This document shows positions 12,902 to 25,399 of a stretch of DNA of 64,000 nucleotides, one piece after another. The position numbers were made by a program, and so were the translations under genes. The stretch is taken from NCBI RefSeq assembly GCF_964213995.1, contig NW_027590137.1, forward strand, positions 744,001 through 808,000, in the 5' to 3' direction. Under the pieces are notes generated by a model. That model was not told the DNA's origin. It was given only the letters and a program-made list of their open reading frames with translations, and did not search any database. Origin of the DNA: Mustelus asterias. Taxonomy: Eukaryota. Every line of letters begins with the position of its first letter. Position 1 is the first letter of the stretch.

Positions 12902-13280
12902 GACTGGAATGTTATACAGAGAGTCAGCATGGAATCGAGTTACCGAATGGATTCCTTCTGTGCTGTAATGACTTTATGACTGGAAGTGTACAACATCGCT
13001 ACAGCATTATATTACAATGCAAGAAATAATAATAAATGTATTTTATTACAGAAACATAAATAATATATCTAATCTGGGTACCATATAATAACACTAGACA
13101 TATCTCTGTCCTATATTACTTTACTGTCTCCTTAAATGTCAGCCATCTCCTGGGGAAAGCTGCCCTTTAATGTGAACATGAGGAAAAGACCATCCTTTTC
13201 GACAGACAAATAAATGTGTCAAGCTGAGGGAGCAAAGGATGTTTACCAGGCTGATTCAGGGAATCGCGGGACTGATGTGG

Positions 13281-13885
13281 AACCTTTGGATTGGAACCTT
13301 TGTAGGTCAAATAGTTCGGATGGGGCAGTTTTTGTGCAGTGTGTGCAGGAGGGTTTCCTGACACAATATGTGGATAGGCCGACAAGAGGTGGGGCCACAT
13401 TGGATTTGGTACTGGGAAATGAACTGGGCCAAGTGTTAGATTTGGTTGTGGGAGAGCACTTCGGAGATAGTGACCACAATTTGGTGTCTTTTGTTATTGC
13501 AATGGAGAGGGATAGGGCCGTACGGCAGGGCAAGATTTACAAGTGGGGGAGAGGTAATTATGATGCGATTAGGCAAGAATTAGAGGACATAAGATGGGAA
13601 CAGAAACTGTCAAGGAAAGGCACTAATGAAAAGTGGGACTTTTTCAAGGAACAAATACTGGGTGTCCTTGATAGGTATGTCCCTGTCGGGCAGGGAGGAA
13701 ATGGCCGAGTGAGGGAACCATGGTTCACAAAAGAGGTGGAATGTGAAAAGGAAGAGGGAAGCTTATGTAGGGATGAGGAAACAAGGTTCAGATGGCTTGA
13801 TTGAGGGTTACAAGTTAGCAAGGAATGAGCTGAAAAAGGGGCTGAGGAGAGCTAGGAGGGGACATGAGAAGTCCTTGGCGGGTCC
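13281..13885 (+). mobile_element. CR1 LINE internal fragment (ORF2 endonuclease C-terminal region)
   Basis: FLTQYVDRPTRGGATLDLVL..EHFGDSDHN motif. Confidence 0.88.
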
Positions 13886-13887
13886 TT

Positions 13888-14507
13888 GGGGGAGATCCCT
13901 CCGTAGAGAGACCTCCAGCGGGGACCTCCGCCGCCCGGCGGCAACAAGGCCCGCCAAGGTGTATCCGGGCGACAGGCGAGGCGGTGGTCGTGGAAGGTGT
14001 GCAGCAGCAGCCCGCACAGGAAACGCCTCCACGCGGTAGAAAAAGGCACGGAGGACATTTCCGCGAGGCGGCTCAGGCTGTGGGGCACCTCACCCAGGGA
14101 GGGGGGCTGAGGTTTTGGGCCAATGTGGAATTCCGCCCGAACAGGGGAACGCTCGGGCGGGATCCCACCGCACGCCTGCGCCGCCTCGACATTGCGTGCA
14201 GTTTCGGGGCCGAGCACGACCGTCCTAAGGTCGAGGATGGCTTTGGTCGCGTGCCGGACGGATGTCCCCGCGCGCTCAGCCAGCACGCGGGGACTCATCC
14301 AGCCCGCCCCTCCGCCATCGAGCACGTCCCTGATTCTGGTCACCCCGGCGTCCACAGCCCCCCTCTCCGCCAGCCACCTGAAGTTATATGGCTGGAGGAG
14401 TGGATTCCTGAGCAGCGGCTCTCGCACGAGAGCCGCTACTCCTGACGAGGGAGAGCTGCGTCGCGAGGCGACCTTGTTCCAGACAGTGAGGAGGTCCTGG
14501 TTAAAGA
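13888..14507 (-). mobile_element. Tx1/L1-like LINE ORF2 C-terminal fragment, GC-rich
   Basis: Minus frame VFNQDLLTVWNKV..REPLLRNP..GVTRIRDVL..PRWRSLY resembles the post-RT region of Tx1-clade ORF2 (recognised from memory, not searched). Confidence 0.6.
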
Positions 14508-14519
14508 CGGTGGCTGAGA

Positions 14520-15260
14520 CAGGATGGGGCCGTTAACCTGGGCCTGTTCCCGGGAGGGAGGGAGGGAGAAGCCCCGCAGCTGCAAACCAGGGAGCTGACA
14601 ATGATTCTGAAGGGTTTGCGGATCCACAAAGTGTTTCCAAATCCTCCCAGCCACCGCCTAACGCTGACTCCGCTTCTCCGGGACAAACAAGCACCAAGGA
14701 CAGCAATGACACTGCGCATGCTCCACATCACAATGCCCCGGGGACTGATTGACGGCCGCTTCGGACCAATAGGAAGAGGGGGCGGGGCTGGAGGACCGAG
14801 GAAGAGAAGCTGGTCCTCCAACCAATCGGAGTGAATGAGGGGCGGGGCTGAGGTGTCCCCATAAACGCACGGGAAGAGGTTCGCATGCGCAGTTATGTTA
14901 CAGTCTGGAGCATGCGCAGTAAGCAACGGCGTTTGCCGCACGCAGTGTGGGTGATAGCAATCGGAGAGAAGTTCCTCTGTCTCATCAGCAGCCGGTAAGG
15001 ATGCGGAAACATAGAGGGAGTAATGGAACCGGCGGATGGACGTAGAGGGTTTCTAAATACCTGGTCAAGGCCTCAAATCTCGAAAATGAGCCCGTCGGTC
15101 TGTGTTTGCAGCTTCCGGTCTTTTTCCCGAGACGAGGCTCAGGTTAACGGCCGCCATCTTGATTCAGCAGGGAGGAGAGCGCATGTGCGGTGTCTTGGTG
15201 ATGCAACAGCGAGTGGGCGGGGCTTCATGTTTCTGCTTCCCCTCCAGGTCCGAGCTCCCG
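14520..15260. promoter_or_regulatory. CpG-rich, probably bidirectional promoter between ZNF-B (-) and ZNF-C (+)
   Basis: Several NRF1-like GCGCATGCGC sites, CCAAT boxes (~14767, ~14822), GGGGCGGGGC boxes, YY1 GCCGCCATCTT 15150-15160. Confidence 0.75.
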
Positions 15261-15447
15261 GTCCATTAGCACAATGAGCAACAGGTTTCTAAACAGCTTC
15301 ACCCACCCTCAGGCTGCAGCTGCTGTTTGCAGCCTCGATGAGTCCATGGGCCATGTACATATTCAGTGTGAGAGTTGAAAACCCTGTATAGTTACCTAAA
15401 GCGGTTACACAGCTTTTGGTTACACTTCAGCCCCAGGCTCCTCATGT

Positions 15448-15591
15448 TTACATAGAAACATGATGTGGAGATGCCGGCGTTGGACTGGGGTGAACACAGT
15501 AAGAAGTCTCACAACACCAGGTTAAAGTCCAACAGGTTTATTTTGTATTTGCTACCAAGTAAACCTGGTGAGACTTCTTACATAGAAACAT
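15448..15591. mobile_element. Short Penelope-like terminus with internal inversion, 14-bp TSD
   Basis: TTACATAGAAACAT at 15448-15461 and 15578-15591 flanking GATGTGGAGATGCCGGCGTTGGACTGGGG... and a reversed piece. Confidence 0.75.
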
Positions 15592-15865
15592 ACATAGAAA
15601 ATAGAAGCTGGGAGTCGGCCGTTCGGCCCTTCGAGTGTGCGCCGCCATTCATTATTGTCATGGCTGATTATCAAATTCAATACCCTGATCCCTGTCGCCC
15701 CAAGAGATTTATCTCATTGAAATCAGACTCTACTTCCACTTTTGAAGAACGTGAATCCAAAGATTCATGACCCTCTGAGAGAAAAACATCTCATCTCTGT
15801 TTTCAATGGGCAATGCTGTTTTTTAAAACAGCGACTCCCGAGATTCTCCCCTGAGAGTAAACATC

Positions 15866-16290
15866 CTCTCCAGATCCAAAACAGAAAATGCTGGAAAATC
15901 TCAGCAGGTCAGGCAGCACCTTTTCTCCCCCTTTGCTTCACCTTTCCCCTTTTTTCTCCCTCCAATCCACCCTCCCCTCCCCCACATCTTCATCCATCAC
16001 AACTTCTTCAGCTTCTCTGCTGTTTGGCCATTCACACTTTCTATTCTCTCTATAGACTGCCATTAGCATCCTTTCCCCTGGTTCCTGTGGCTTGGACCCA
16101 TCTTTCATCCCCTCACAGTGTAAACATCTCCCACTTTCTATGCCTTTTTTATGCTTTGACAAAAGGTCATCTGGACTCGAAGCTTCAGCTCTTTTCTCTC
16201 CTCACAGATGCTGCCAGATCTGCTGAGATTTTCCAGCATTTTCTCTTTTGGTTTCAGATTCCAGCATCCGCAGTAATTTGCTTTAACCCT
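15866..16290 (+). mobile_element. PLE-derived family B element with inverted 5' piece
   Basis: 15868-15918 is the reverse complement of ~16209-16250; TTGACAAAAGGTCATCTGGACTCGAAG hammerhead-like relic. Confidence 0.55.
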
Positions 16291-17110
16291 TCTCTCCATA
16301 TCCACCCTGTCAAGAGTTTTCAGAATCTTGAAGGTTTAAATTAAGTTGCCTCTTACTCTTTTGAAGTCGAGCAGAAGCTGAACTCAAGCAGAGACTGTCT
16401 CACTGCTCCTCATCAGACAATCCACCCATTTCCAGGTATTAGTCTACTAAACCTTCTATGAACTGCTTCTCGTAAAGCAGTTAAGGAATAATATGCACTC
16501 ATATTTTTCCTGAAATAAGGAAACCAATAATGTACACACTGCTCCAGATATGTCTAACCAATGCCCTGTGCAACTGAAACATAACTTCCCTGCTTTTACT
16601 CAATTCCCCTCACAATAAATAATAGTTTTCTGAATTACTTGTACCTGAGACAATATTGCGATTTTCTATCGTGATGGATTTTGGATACTTTTTCTTAAAC
16701 AGGGGGTTAGAAAGGGAGGATTTACACACAATAAGCTCAAACCAAGAGAAAAATGTTGTCTCTTCTGATATGGGCTTTCTGAATGGGATAAGTCGGAGGA
16801 TGTGAATGGAATGTTTCCACTTGTTGGTGTTTCCAATACTGGGAACCATGAACAGACAACAGAGACGAATAAATCAAACAGGAGGAGATATTTATTTCTC
16901 GTTAGAATATGGAACTCACTGTGACTGGAAGTGGTTGAGACAAATACTTTAGATGCTTTAAAAAGGAAACCAGATGAGAACATGAGAGAAAAAGGATTAA
17001 AAAGTTGAGCTGAAAAGCTGAGTTGAGGTGAGCAGAATGAGAGGAGATTTGTGTGGATTAGAAATTCCAGTACAGATCAGGGCAGGGGTGGGGGGGTGAG
17101 GGGTGGCGGC

Positions 17111-17460
17111 GGAGGCAGTGGCACAGTGGAACTATCACTGGACTAGCAACCCAGAGACCCAGGATAATGTTCTGGGGACCGAGGTTCGAATCCCAGCACA
17201 GCAGATGGTGAAATTTAAATTCAATTAAAAGTCTGATGATGACCATGAAACCATTGTTGATTGTCGTAAAAACCCATCTGGTTCACTGATGTCCTTTAAG
17301 GATGGAAATCTGCCGTCCTTAACTGGTCTGGCCTACATGTGACCCACAGCAATGTGGTTGACTCTCAAATGCCCTGTGAAATGGAGGGCAGTTGGGGATG
17401 GGCAATAAATGCTGTCCCAGTCGGCGACGCCCACACCCCGTTAAAAATGAATTTAAAAAT
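17111..17460 (+). mobile_element. Second tRNA-derived SINE family
   Basis: A box TGGCACAGTGG, B box GGTTCGAATCC, body ..AAAACCCATCTGGTTCAC..; copies at 19618 and 45395. Confidence 0.8.
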
Positions 17461-17498
17461 TAGACTGGCCTGTTTGTGTTTTGTGTATCTCATGTATT

Positions 17499-17795
17499 CA
17501 TAGAATCTCTACAGTGCAGAACGAGGCCTTTCAGACCACCCCACCCAGGCTATTCCCGTAACCCCACATATTTACCCCGCTAATCTCCCTAACCTACATA
17601 TCTTGGGACAGAAAGGGGCAACCACCTAACCCAAACATCTTTGGAGAGTGGGAGGGAACCGGAGCACCCGGAGGAAACCCACACAGACACGAGGAGAATG
17701 TGCAAACTCCATACAGACAGGTAACCAAGGCCACAATCGAACCCAGGTCCCTGGTGCTGTGAGGCAGGAGTACTAACCACTGTGCCACTGTGCCA
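17499..17795 (-). mobile_element. HE1-type SINE
   Basis: Reverse complement of head and central motif. Confidence 0.85.
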
Positions 17796-18009
17796 TCCAT
17801 GTAATTCTTTGTAAACTTATTTTGCAGGAAATTGAAGGGAAGGATTTGCAGTCTGGATGATCGAATCTCACGTCAGACAGAGTCAATCGGTTCATCGGGA
17901 TCTGAAAATTTGTGCATCTGAAGGGATTTAATTGACCATCTCAGCAGGAAGCTGGTGAGAATCCATTCATCTGGTCCTCGTGTCGGAAGGGATTGATCAG
18001 CTGGAAAAC

Positions 18010-19551
18010 ATGCTGACACGACAGCGAGCTCGCAATAGTGAGAGTTCATTCACCTGCTCCGTGTGTGGGAAGAAATTCATGTGTTCGTCCAACCTGCTGG
18101 CTCACCAACTCGATCACATTGATGAGAAGCCTCTTCAAAGCTCTGATTCTGGGGACAGTGTCGAGACCTCTGAGGAACAGGCCCAACACCAGCTCCTTCA
18201 CACTGACGAGAGACCGTTCAGCTGCTCCCACTGCGGGAAGAGGTTCAGCCAGTCCTCCCGCCTTGCAGAGCACCAGCTCCTTCACACACACGAGAGACCG
18301 TTCAGCTGCTCTCACTGTGGGGAGTCGTTCAGCGACTCAGTGCATCTCACTGAGCACCAACAAGTTCACACCAAGGACAGGCCATTCAGCTGCTCCCAGT
18401 GTGGGAAGAGATTCACTCAGTCCTCCCACTGCACCGTTCACCAACTGGTTCATTCTCAGAAGAGACATTTTAAATGCTTTAAATGTGAGAAGACCTTCAA
18501 AAGAAGGATTAGTCTGCTGAGACACCAGGACACTCACACCGGGGAGAGGCCGTACCCCTGTTCTGTTTGTGGGAAGAGATTCGCTCATTCATCTCATCTT
18601 CTGACACACAAGCGAGTTCACACTGGGGAGAGGCCTTTCCTCTGCTCCCTGTGTGGGAAGAGATTCACTCGATTTTCACGCCTTTTGACACACAAGAGTA
18701 TTCACACTGGAGGGAAACCATTCACCTCCTCAATGTGTAGAAAGGAAGAAGTTCAATCAACTGACCAGCTGACACACCAGCAAGTTCACACTGGGGAGAA
18801 GCTGTTCACCTGCTCGGTGTGTGGGAAGGAATTCACTCGGTCTCACTATCTTCTGAGGCACCGGCGAGTTCACACTGGGGAGAGGCCATTCCTCTGCTCC
18901 GTGTGTGGGAAGATGTTTCCTTGTTCATCCCAGCTTGTGATGCACGAGCGTGTTCACACAGGGGAGAGGCCTTACGCTTGCCCTGTGTGCGGGAAAGCAT
19001 TTGCTTCTTCACAACACCTGCTGAGACATCGGCCTGTTCACACCGGGGAGAGGGCGTTCATCTGCTCCGAGTGTGGGAAGGCTTTCACCGAGTCATCCAG
19101 CCTCCGGACACACCGCCGCACTCACACAGGGGAGAAGCCGTTCTCCTGCTCCATTTGTGGCAAGAGATTCACTCAGTCGTCTGACCTGCTGAGACACCAA
19201 TACATTCACACAGGGGACAGGCCGTTCACCTGCTCTGTGTGTGGGAAGGGATTCATTGATTCATCCTGCCTGCAGAGACACCAGCGAGTTCACACTGGGG
19301 AGAGACCGTTCACCTGCTCTGTGTGTGGGAAGGGATACACTCAGGTATCCAGCCTGCAGAGACACCAGCGAGTTCACACTGGGACAGAACCGTTCGCCTG
19401 CTCCCTGTGTGGGAAGGGATTCACTGATCCATCCCGCCTGCAGAGACACCAGCGAGTTCACACTGGGGCAAAACCTTTCAACTGCTCCATGTGTGGGAAG
19501 GGATTTAATCAGTATTACAGCCTGCTGAAACATAGACGACTTCATGTGTGA
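18010..19551 (+). CDS. Tandem C2H2 zinc-finger protein, 16 intact + 2 degenerate fingers (ZNF-C)
   Basis: Open frame 17980-19551, first ATG 18010; candidate acceptor TTTGCAG ending 17827. Confidence 0.9.
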   Translation: MLTRQRARNSESSFTCSVCGKKFMCSSNLLAHQLDHIDEKPLQSSDSGDSVETSEEQAQHQLLHTDERPFSCSHCGKRFSQSSRLAEHQLLHTHERPFSCSHCGESFSDSVHLTEHQQVHTKDRPFSCSQCGKRFTQSSHCTVHQLVHSQKRHFKCFKCEKTFKRRISLLRHQDTHTGERPYPCSVCGKRFAHSSHLLTHKRVHTGERPFLCSLCGKRFTRFSRLLTHKSIHTGGKPFTSSMCRKEEVQSTDQLTHQQVHTGEKLFTCSVCGKEFTRSHYLLRHRRVHTGERPFLCSVCGKMFPCSSQLVMHERVHTGERPYACPVCGKAFASSQHLLRHRPVHTGERAFICSECGKAFTESSSLRTHRRTHTGEKPFSCSICGKRFTQSSDLLRHQYIHTGDRPFTCSVCGKGFIDSSCLQRHQRVHTGERPFTCSVCGKGYTQVSSLQRHQRVHTGTEPFACSLCGKGFTDPSRLQRHQRVHTGAKPFNCSMCGKGFNQYYSLLKHRRLHV

Positions 19552-19617
19552 CCGGCAAAGTTGGATTCTGTTGTTTCTGCGCCCTGAGATAAACAATAAC
19601 AATTGGATCAATAGTTG

Positions 19618-19968
19618 AGGCAGTGGCACAGTGGAATTATCACTGGACTCAGGGTAAGGCTCTGGGGACCCAGGTTCGAATCCCACCACAGGCAATGGTG
19701 AAATTTGTATTCAATTAAAATCTCGAATTAAAAGTCTAATGACAAACCTTAACCATTGTTGATCGTTGTCAAAACCACTCTGGTTCAGTCATGTCCTTTC
19801 GGGAAGGAAACCTGCCATCCTTACTTGGTCTGGCCTACATGTGACTCCAGACCCACAGCAATGTGGTTGACTCTCAAATGCCCTCTGAAATGGAGGGCAG
19901 TTAGAGATGGGCAAGAAATGCTGGCCCAGCCAGTGACGCCTATATCCAGTAAAAATTAATTTAAAAAA
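19618..19968 (+). mobile_element. Second tRNA-derived SINE family
   Basis: Homologous to 17111-17460. Confidence 0.8.
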
Positions 19969-21511
19969 GTTCCTCAGTATCTCAGTAACCTCCTCCAGCC
20001 CCACAACACTCTGTGTAAATACAAGTTGTTGCTGATTATGCCCTGAGATAGAAAATGTGAACCCGATTCCCCTCGTCCACCAACACAGCAACTTCTTCAT
20101 AAAAATTGAAGCACATGGGATTGGGGCGAATGTATTGAGATTGAAAACTTGTTGGCAGACAGGAAATAGAGTAAGATTAAACAGGTCTTTTTCCAACTGG
20201 CAGGCAGTGATTATTGGGGTAATGCAGGATCAGTGCTGAGACCCCAGCTAGTCACCTGCCATGGGTCTTCTGTTTTTCTTTCCCTGTTTACAATGCATCA
20301 TTTTTAAATTGTTGCTTCTTAATATTCTGATTTAAAACCATGGATAAGCTCAAACCACTTTTGGATAACCTGTGACTCCCTGATCAAGAATCTTACCGAC
20401 CACTGCATGCCATTCTGGTCACCGTATTATAAAAAAGATATCTCTGCACTGGAGAAGGGTACAGAGATGATTTTTAATGATGATACCAGAAATGTAGAAA
20501 ACAGCTCACCACCACCTTCTCAAGGTCAATCTGAGGTTAGCAATAAATGCTGGCCAAGCCAGCGATGTCCACATCCCATAAATGATTTTTAAACTGTGTG
20601 TTTGGTTCTCTATCAGGAAAGGATTGACACGCTCACGCTTTCTTGAAAAATTAAGGCTGAGGGGGAACCTAATAGAGGGCTTCAAAATTATAAAAGGTTT
20701 TGAAATAATGTTTCTTCTTTTGGAGAAAGGCAAAACTGGAGACCATCAATACAAGACAGTCGCCAAGAAACCCAATAGGAAATCCAAGATAAATTTCTCC
20801 ACCCAAAGAGTGGTGAGAATATGGAAATCATGACCACAGGGAGTGAAATGAACAGTATCGATGTCTTTCAGGGGAAGCTCAACAAGTATTTGTGTGTGAT
20901 TTTATAATTCATTCAGGATTTATTTCAAAAAAACTAAGAATAAAGTAACAGGAGATATTTTGAGGCATCTGAGAGTCTGTGTGTGTGTGAGGGTGTCTGT
21001 GAGTGTGTGTGTAAGGGTGTCTGTGAGTGTGTGTGTTACTTCTCATTGGTTTCACACCAACCTTCCTCTTTCTGAGCAGACATTCTGGCCCCTGATAAAC
21101 CCATTGAGTGATTTGAATGGTACAATTCAGAGATTCTTCATCCAGGGTGAAACCACAGGCTGACTGTGTGCTGTGTAAAACCTGACATCTACACAACCTA
21201 ATCCCACTTCTCCTGGAACAACGTGAAGTGACTACAATTTTCCAGATTCATTTCTTTGCTCTCAATATTCTTTCAGATAGTTCATAAATTCCATGAGTAC
21301 GTTATCCTTTAACACACCTGTGGTGTCCAGTTTAAATACTTTCCTCAGTCTGACCAACATATAGCAATGGGATTGTTGCTATTACAGGAATCCATTCTGT
21401 AAATCTGATTCCAAGGCACTCTGGAGTAATGCAGTGATCCAGACCTTCCCACTCAACACCAATCTATAGTTCCATCTGAGTTCCAGATTTTAACATGATT
21501 TTTCAAAACAC

Positions 21512-21915
21512 AGGCAGCAGGGTGGCACAGTGATCAGCAGCGCCAGGGACCTGAGTTCAATCCTGGGCTCAGGTAGTACGAGTAAGCTTACATTAACACT
21601 GCAATGAAGTTACTATGAAAATCCCCTAGTCGCCACACTCGACGCCTGTTTGGGTGTACTGAAGGAGAATTTAGCACGGCCAATGCACCGAACCAGCATG
21701 TCTTTCAGACTGTGGGAGGAAACCTGAGCACCCGGAGGAAACCCATGCAGATACGGAGAGAACGTGCAAACTCCACACAGTCACCCAAGACTGGAATTGA
21801 ACCGGATCCCTGGCACTCTGAGGTAGCAGTGCTAACCACCGTGCCACAGCTCTCTGTGTGGAGTTTGCACGTTCTCCCTGTGTCTGCATAGGTTTGCTCA
21901 GAGTGCTCCACTTTT
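21512..21915. mobile_element. Nested HE1-like SINEs (minus copy ~21580-21848 inside a split plus copy)
   Basis: Plus head at 21512-21572, full minus copy, then plus body resumes ~21853. Confidence 0.7.
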
Positions 21916-21959
21916 TGGAAGGAGTAATTTGACAAGGAAAAATTCAATGAACGGCATGA

Positions 21960-22225
21960 CACTAGTAAGCTCTGTGGAACAAAGGGACCTGGGTGTGATT
22001 GTCTATAGATCTCTGAGGACAGAAGTGTATGTTAGTAGGCTGGTGAAAAAGGCATGTAGGACACTTGCCTTTATCAATTGAGGTATAGATTACAAAAGCA
22101 AGGAAGTCATGTTGGAGTTGCATAGAACTGTGGTGAGGTCACTGCTGGAATACTGTGTGCAGTTCTGGTCGCCACATTATAAGAAGGATGTGATTGCATT
22201 GGAGGGGGTGCAGAGGAGATTTACC
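21960..22225 (+). mobile_element. CR1 LINE RT fragment
   Basis: LEYCVQFWSPHYKKDVIALEGVQRRFT. Confidence 0.8.
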
Positions 22226-22753
22226 AGTGAAGGTGAGTTACAGATGAGAGGGACAGTGTCAAAAGAGAGAACCATTGACAATATTAGATAATGTGGGGAA
22301 GTTGGGTTATCAGTGGTTTAGAGGGTAAAGGGAGATGAAGGGAGGTCTCATGGACAAGATGAGCAGTGAGAGGGTTTGATGGGAGATAGCAGAAGAATTG
22401 GAGAAAGATGTGAGTTCAGTACTTGGAAAAAGGGAAATTTCAGAGAGAGTTTTGTCTGGTGGTCCAGTGGAAGGGAGGGAGGCAGCTGATCAGATTGTCT
22501 CAATCTTAGAGACAAAGAAGCTCCACGAGCTCCTCACACTTGTTGTTGAAGATGAGGATGGAGGAGACGGGAGAGAGGCCCTTCAAAAGGAGAACCATTC
22601 ACACATTTTTAAAAAGACAACAGAGAATACATTAACACAAAGACGGTGTATTTGAATTTTGTCCAGAATATTCGCCTCTATAACTGGCCTGAAGTTTATT
22701 AACATCAGCAGGTGCAGACCACAGTGTGATTGACAACAACATCCAATCTCCAG

Positions 22754-23623
22754 TTATTTATGAACTTGCTGGTGTCTCAGCAATGCGGATGACTGAGTGA
22801 ATCTCTTCCCACACTTGGCGCAGGTGAATGGTCTCTCCCCGGTGTGAACCCGCTGATGTACAGTGAGATGAGATGATCGCCTGAACCCAGTCCCACAGCG
22901 AGAGCATCTGAATGGTTTCTCGTCAGTGTGAACTTGTTGATGGGACACCAGTTCCTGCGAGGTTTTAAAACATTTCCCACACTTCAGACACTTAAACGGT
23001 CTCTCATCAGTGTGGCCTCTTTGGTGTGTAATTAGGATGGATGAATTAACAAATCCCTTCCCACACTGGGAGCAGGTGAATGGTCTCTGCCTCGTGTGAA
23101 CTTGCTGGTGTGTCAGCAGGGTGGATTTGTGAGTGAATCCCTTTCCACACTCAGAGCAGGTGAATCGCTTCTCCCCGGTGTGAACTCGCTGGTGTGTCAG
23201 CAGCGTGGATGACTGAGTGAATCCCATCCCACACACAGAGCAGGTGAATGGTCTCTCCCCAGTGTGAATTAGTTTGTGTTTAATCAGGGTGGATGACTGA
23301 GTGAATCCCTTCCCACACAAAGAGCAGGTGAATGGCCTCTGCCCAGTGTGTGTGCGCTGGTGATTCTGCAGAGTGGATAACTTAGTGAATCCTTTCCCGC
23401 AGTCCGAGCAGGTGAACGGCCTCTCCCCGGTGTGACCACGCCGATGGGTTTCCAGCTGGGATGGGTAATTGAATCCCTTCCCACAGATGCCACATTTCCA
23501 CGGCTTCTCCCCATCATGACTGCATTTATGTTTGAACAGGCCAGATGACTGGTTGAAGTCTTGTCCACAAATGGAACACGAGTATGGTTTCTCCCCACTG
23601 TGAACGGTGCTTTTTCCTTCCAT
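22754..23623 (-). CDS. Tandem C2H2 zinc-finger protein, 10 fingers (ZNF-D)
   Basis: ATG at 23623 ([14 protein letters not shown]), 10 C2H2 units, intact frame. Confidence 0.9.
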   Translation of the reverse strand: MEGKSTVHSGEKPYSCSICGQDFNQSSGLFKHKCSHDGEKPWKCGICGKGFNYPSQLETHRRGHTGERPFTCSDCGKGFTKLSTLQNHQRTHTGQRPFTCSLCGKGFTQSSTLIKHKLIHTGERPFTCSVCGMGFTQSSTLLTHQRVHTGEKRFTCSECGKGFTHKSTLLTHQQVHTRQRPFTCSQCGKGFVNSSILITHQRGHTDERPFKCLKCGKCFKTSQELVSHQQVHTDEKPFRCSRCGTGFRRSSHLTVHQRVHTGERPFTCAKCGKRFTQSSALLRHQQVHK

Positions 23624-24403
23624 GTTCAAAATCCGATGATATTCCGGTCACAAAAAATTAGGCGACTCTGAGATCCTGATGTGGAATTTGGTTTCAGTTT
23701 CCCAACTGCAAATCCTAATCTTCTAAGACACGATGAAATTGATTTAAAACAGAAAAAAAGGGAGTGAGAGAGAACACGCAAAAACAGGTTGTGAAATTGA
23801 GCTGAATGAATTTGTGGGGCCGGCATTAAGAAAAAGTGACCATGAAAGCTGCTGGATCGTCATAAAAACCCAACTGATTCACTAATGTGCTTCAGGGAAG
23901 GAAACCTGCCACCTGGTCTGGACTGACACATGAACCAATACCTATCGAAGGGGTGAGAGAGAGGTGGAAGAAGCAGAGGGTGAAGGAGAGGGTTTCTCTA
24001 CATCTACATCCTGACCAGAACTCTGACAGAATCTCCTAATATCTCAACCTCCACCATTTAGCTGGACCAGGGTAGTAGGTGCATGTGAAGATCATCACCT
24101 CCTAGTTCCCCTCCAACTCATACAACATCTTGACTTGTCTGACATCAATTACTGCATGAGCAGAAGTTTCCAGCATTTGAATATCGGGAAGACTGGAGTC
24201 ACTGTCTTCAGTCCCCACTACAAACTTCATCACCCTCACAACTGACTCCGCCCTCTCCATGTTAAATATCTGAAGCTGAACTAAGTTGTTCACAACCATG
24301 GTGTCTTACTTGAGAAGAGTTTTAGACCACATATCCACATCATCACCAAAATCATCTATTTCCACCTCAGTAACATCCCCCAACTCTGCCTTAGCCTCAG
24401 TTA

Positions 24404-24715
24404 ATCATAGAATCTCTACGGTGCAGAAGGAGGCCATTCGGCCCATAAAGCCCACACCGACAACAATCCCACCTCAGCCCTATCCCCAGCGCCCCATGTA
24501 TTTACCCTGCTAAACCCTGACACTAAGGGGCAACTTAGCATGGCCAATCAACCTAATCCACACATCTCTGGAGTATGGGAGGAAACTGGAGCACCCGGAG
24601 GAAACCCACGCAGACACAGGAAGAATGTGAAAACTCCACACAGACAGTGACCCAAGCTGGGAATCGAACCTGGGTCCCTGGCACTGTGAGGCAGCAGTGC
24701 TAACCACTGTGCCAT
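24404..24715 (-). mobile_element. HE1-type SINE inserted in a degenerate L2-like remnant (~24270-25290)
   Basis: SINE head, central motif and CR1-like tail; flanks resemble an L2 3' end (lower confidence). Confidence 0.8.
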
Positions 24716-25399
24716 TATGTCGCTGCAGAATCCATCATCCATTCCTTTCTTACCTCTCGACTGAACAATTCCAATACAGTTCCAACCGGCCTCCAACATT
24801 AAGCAACCCCCTCCAAACTATCCTAAACTGCCCATGTGCTTACTCACACCAAATCATGTTCACCCATCGCCCCTATGCTTGCTGATCTACAAATGCTTCC
24901 TTTTAAGAAGCATCAGAATTTTAAAATTCTCATCTTTGTTTTCCTCCATGGTTACAATCATTCCTGTGTCTGTAATCTTCTCCAGCCACACACTCCTCTG
25001 AGATCTCAACGATAATCTAATTCCTCTTGAGCATTCTCAGTTTTAATCATTATACCATTACAAATCATCCTTTCAGTTGCACAGGCCACAAGCTCTGCAA
25101 TCTCTTCTTTAAATCTCTCTGCCTGTCCATCACCTCTGCTTTCTTTAAAACCCACCTCTTTGACCAAACCTTTGGTCACCTGTCCTAATATAGCTCAGTA
25201 TCAAATGTCACTGTATAATATTTGTGAGAAAATGTCTGGGGCTGTTTTATTATGTTAAAGACACAATATGAATATAAATGATTGCAACTGCCCTGATATC
25301 GTTGTTCTCATCAGTAAGAAATTGGAAGTGAAAGGGTGAAGCAGTTAGATGGTCAAGTTATTCACATTCTGTCAGTGGTAATTCCAAAACATTGCCCCA

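Larger units (their letters stand above)
9402..13280 (-). repeat. Right arm of inverted segmental duplication (partner ~1213-4887)
   Basis: Reverse-complement match across ZNF and flanks; carries a private insertion at 12258-12901. Confidence 0.92.

Noticed and set aside
13864-14445. 193-aa plus-strand ORF
   Set aside because: Antisense to the GC-rich Tx1-like fragment
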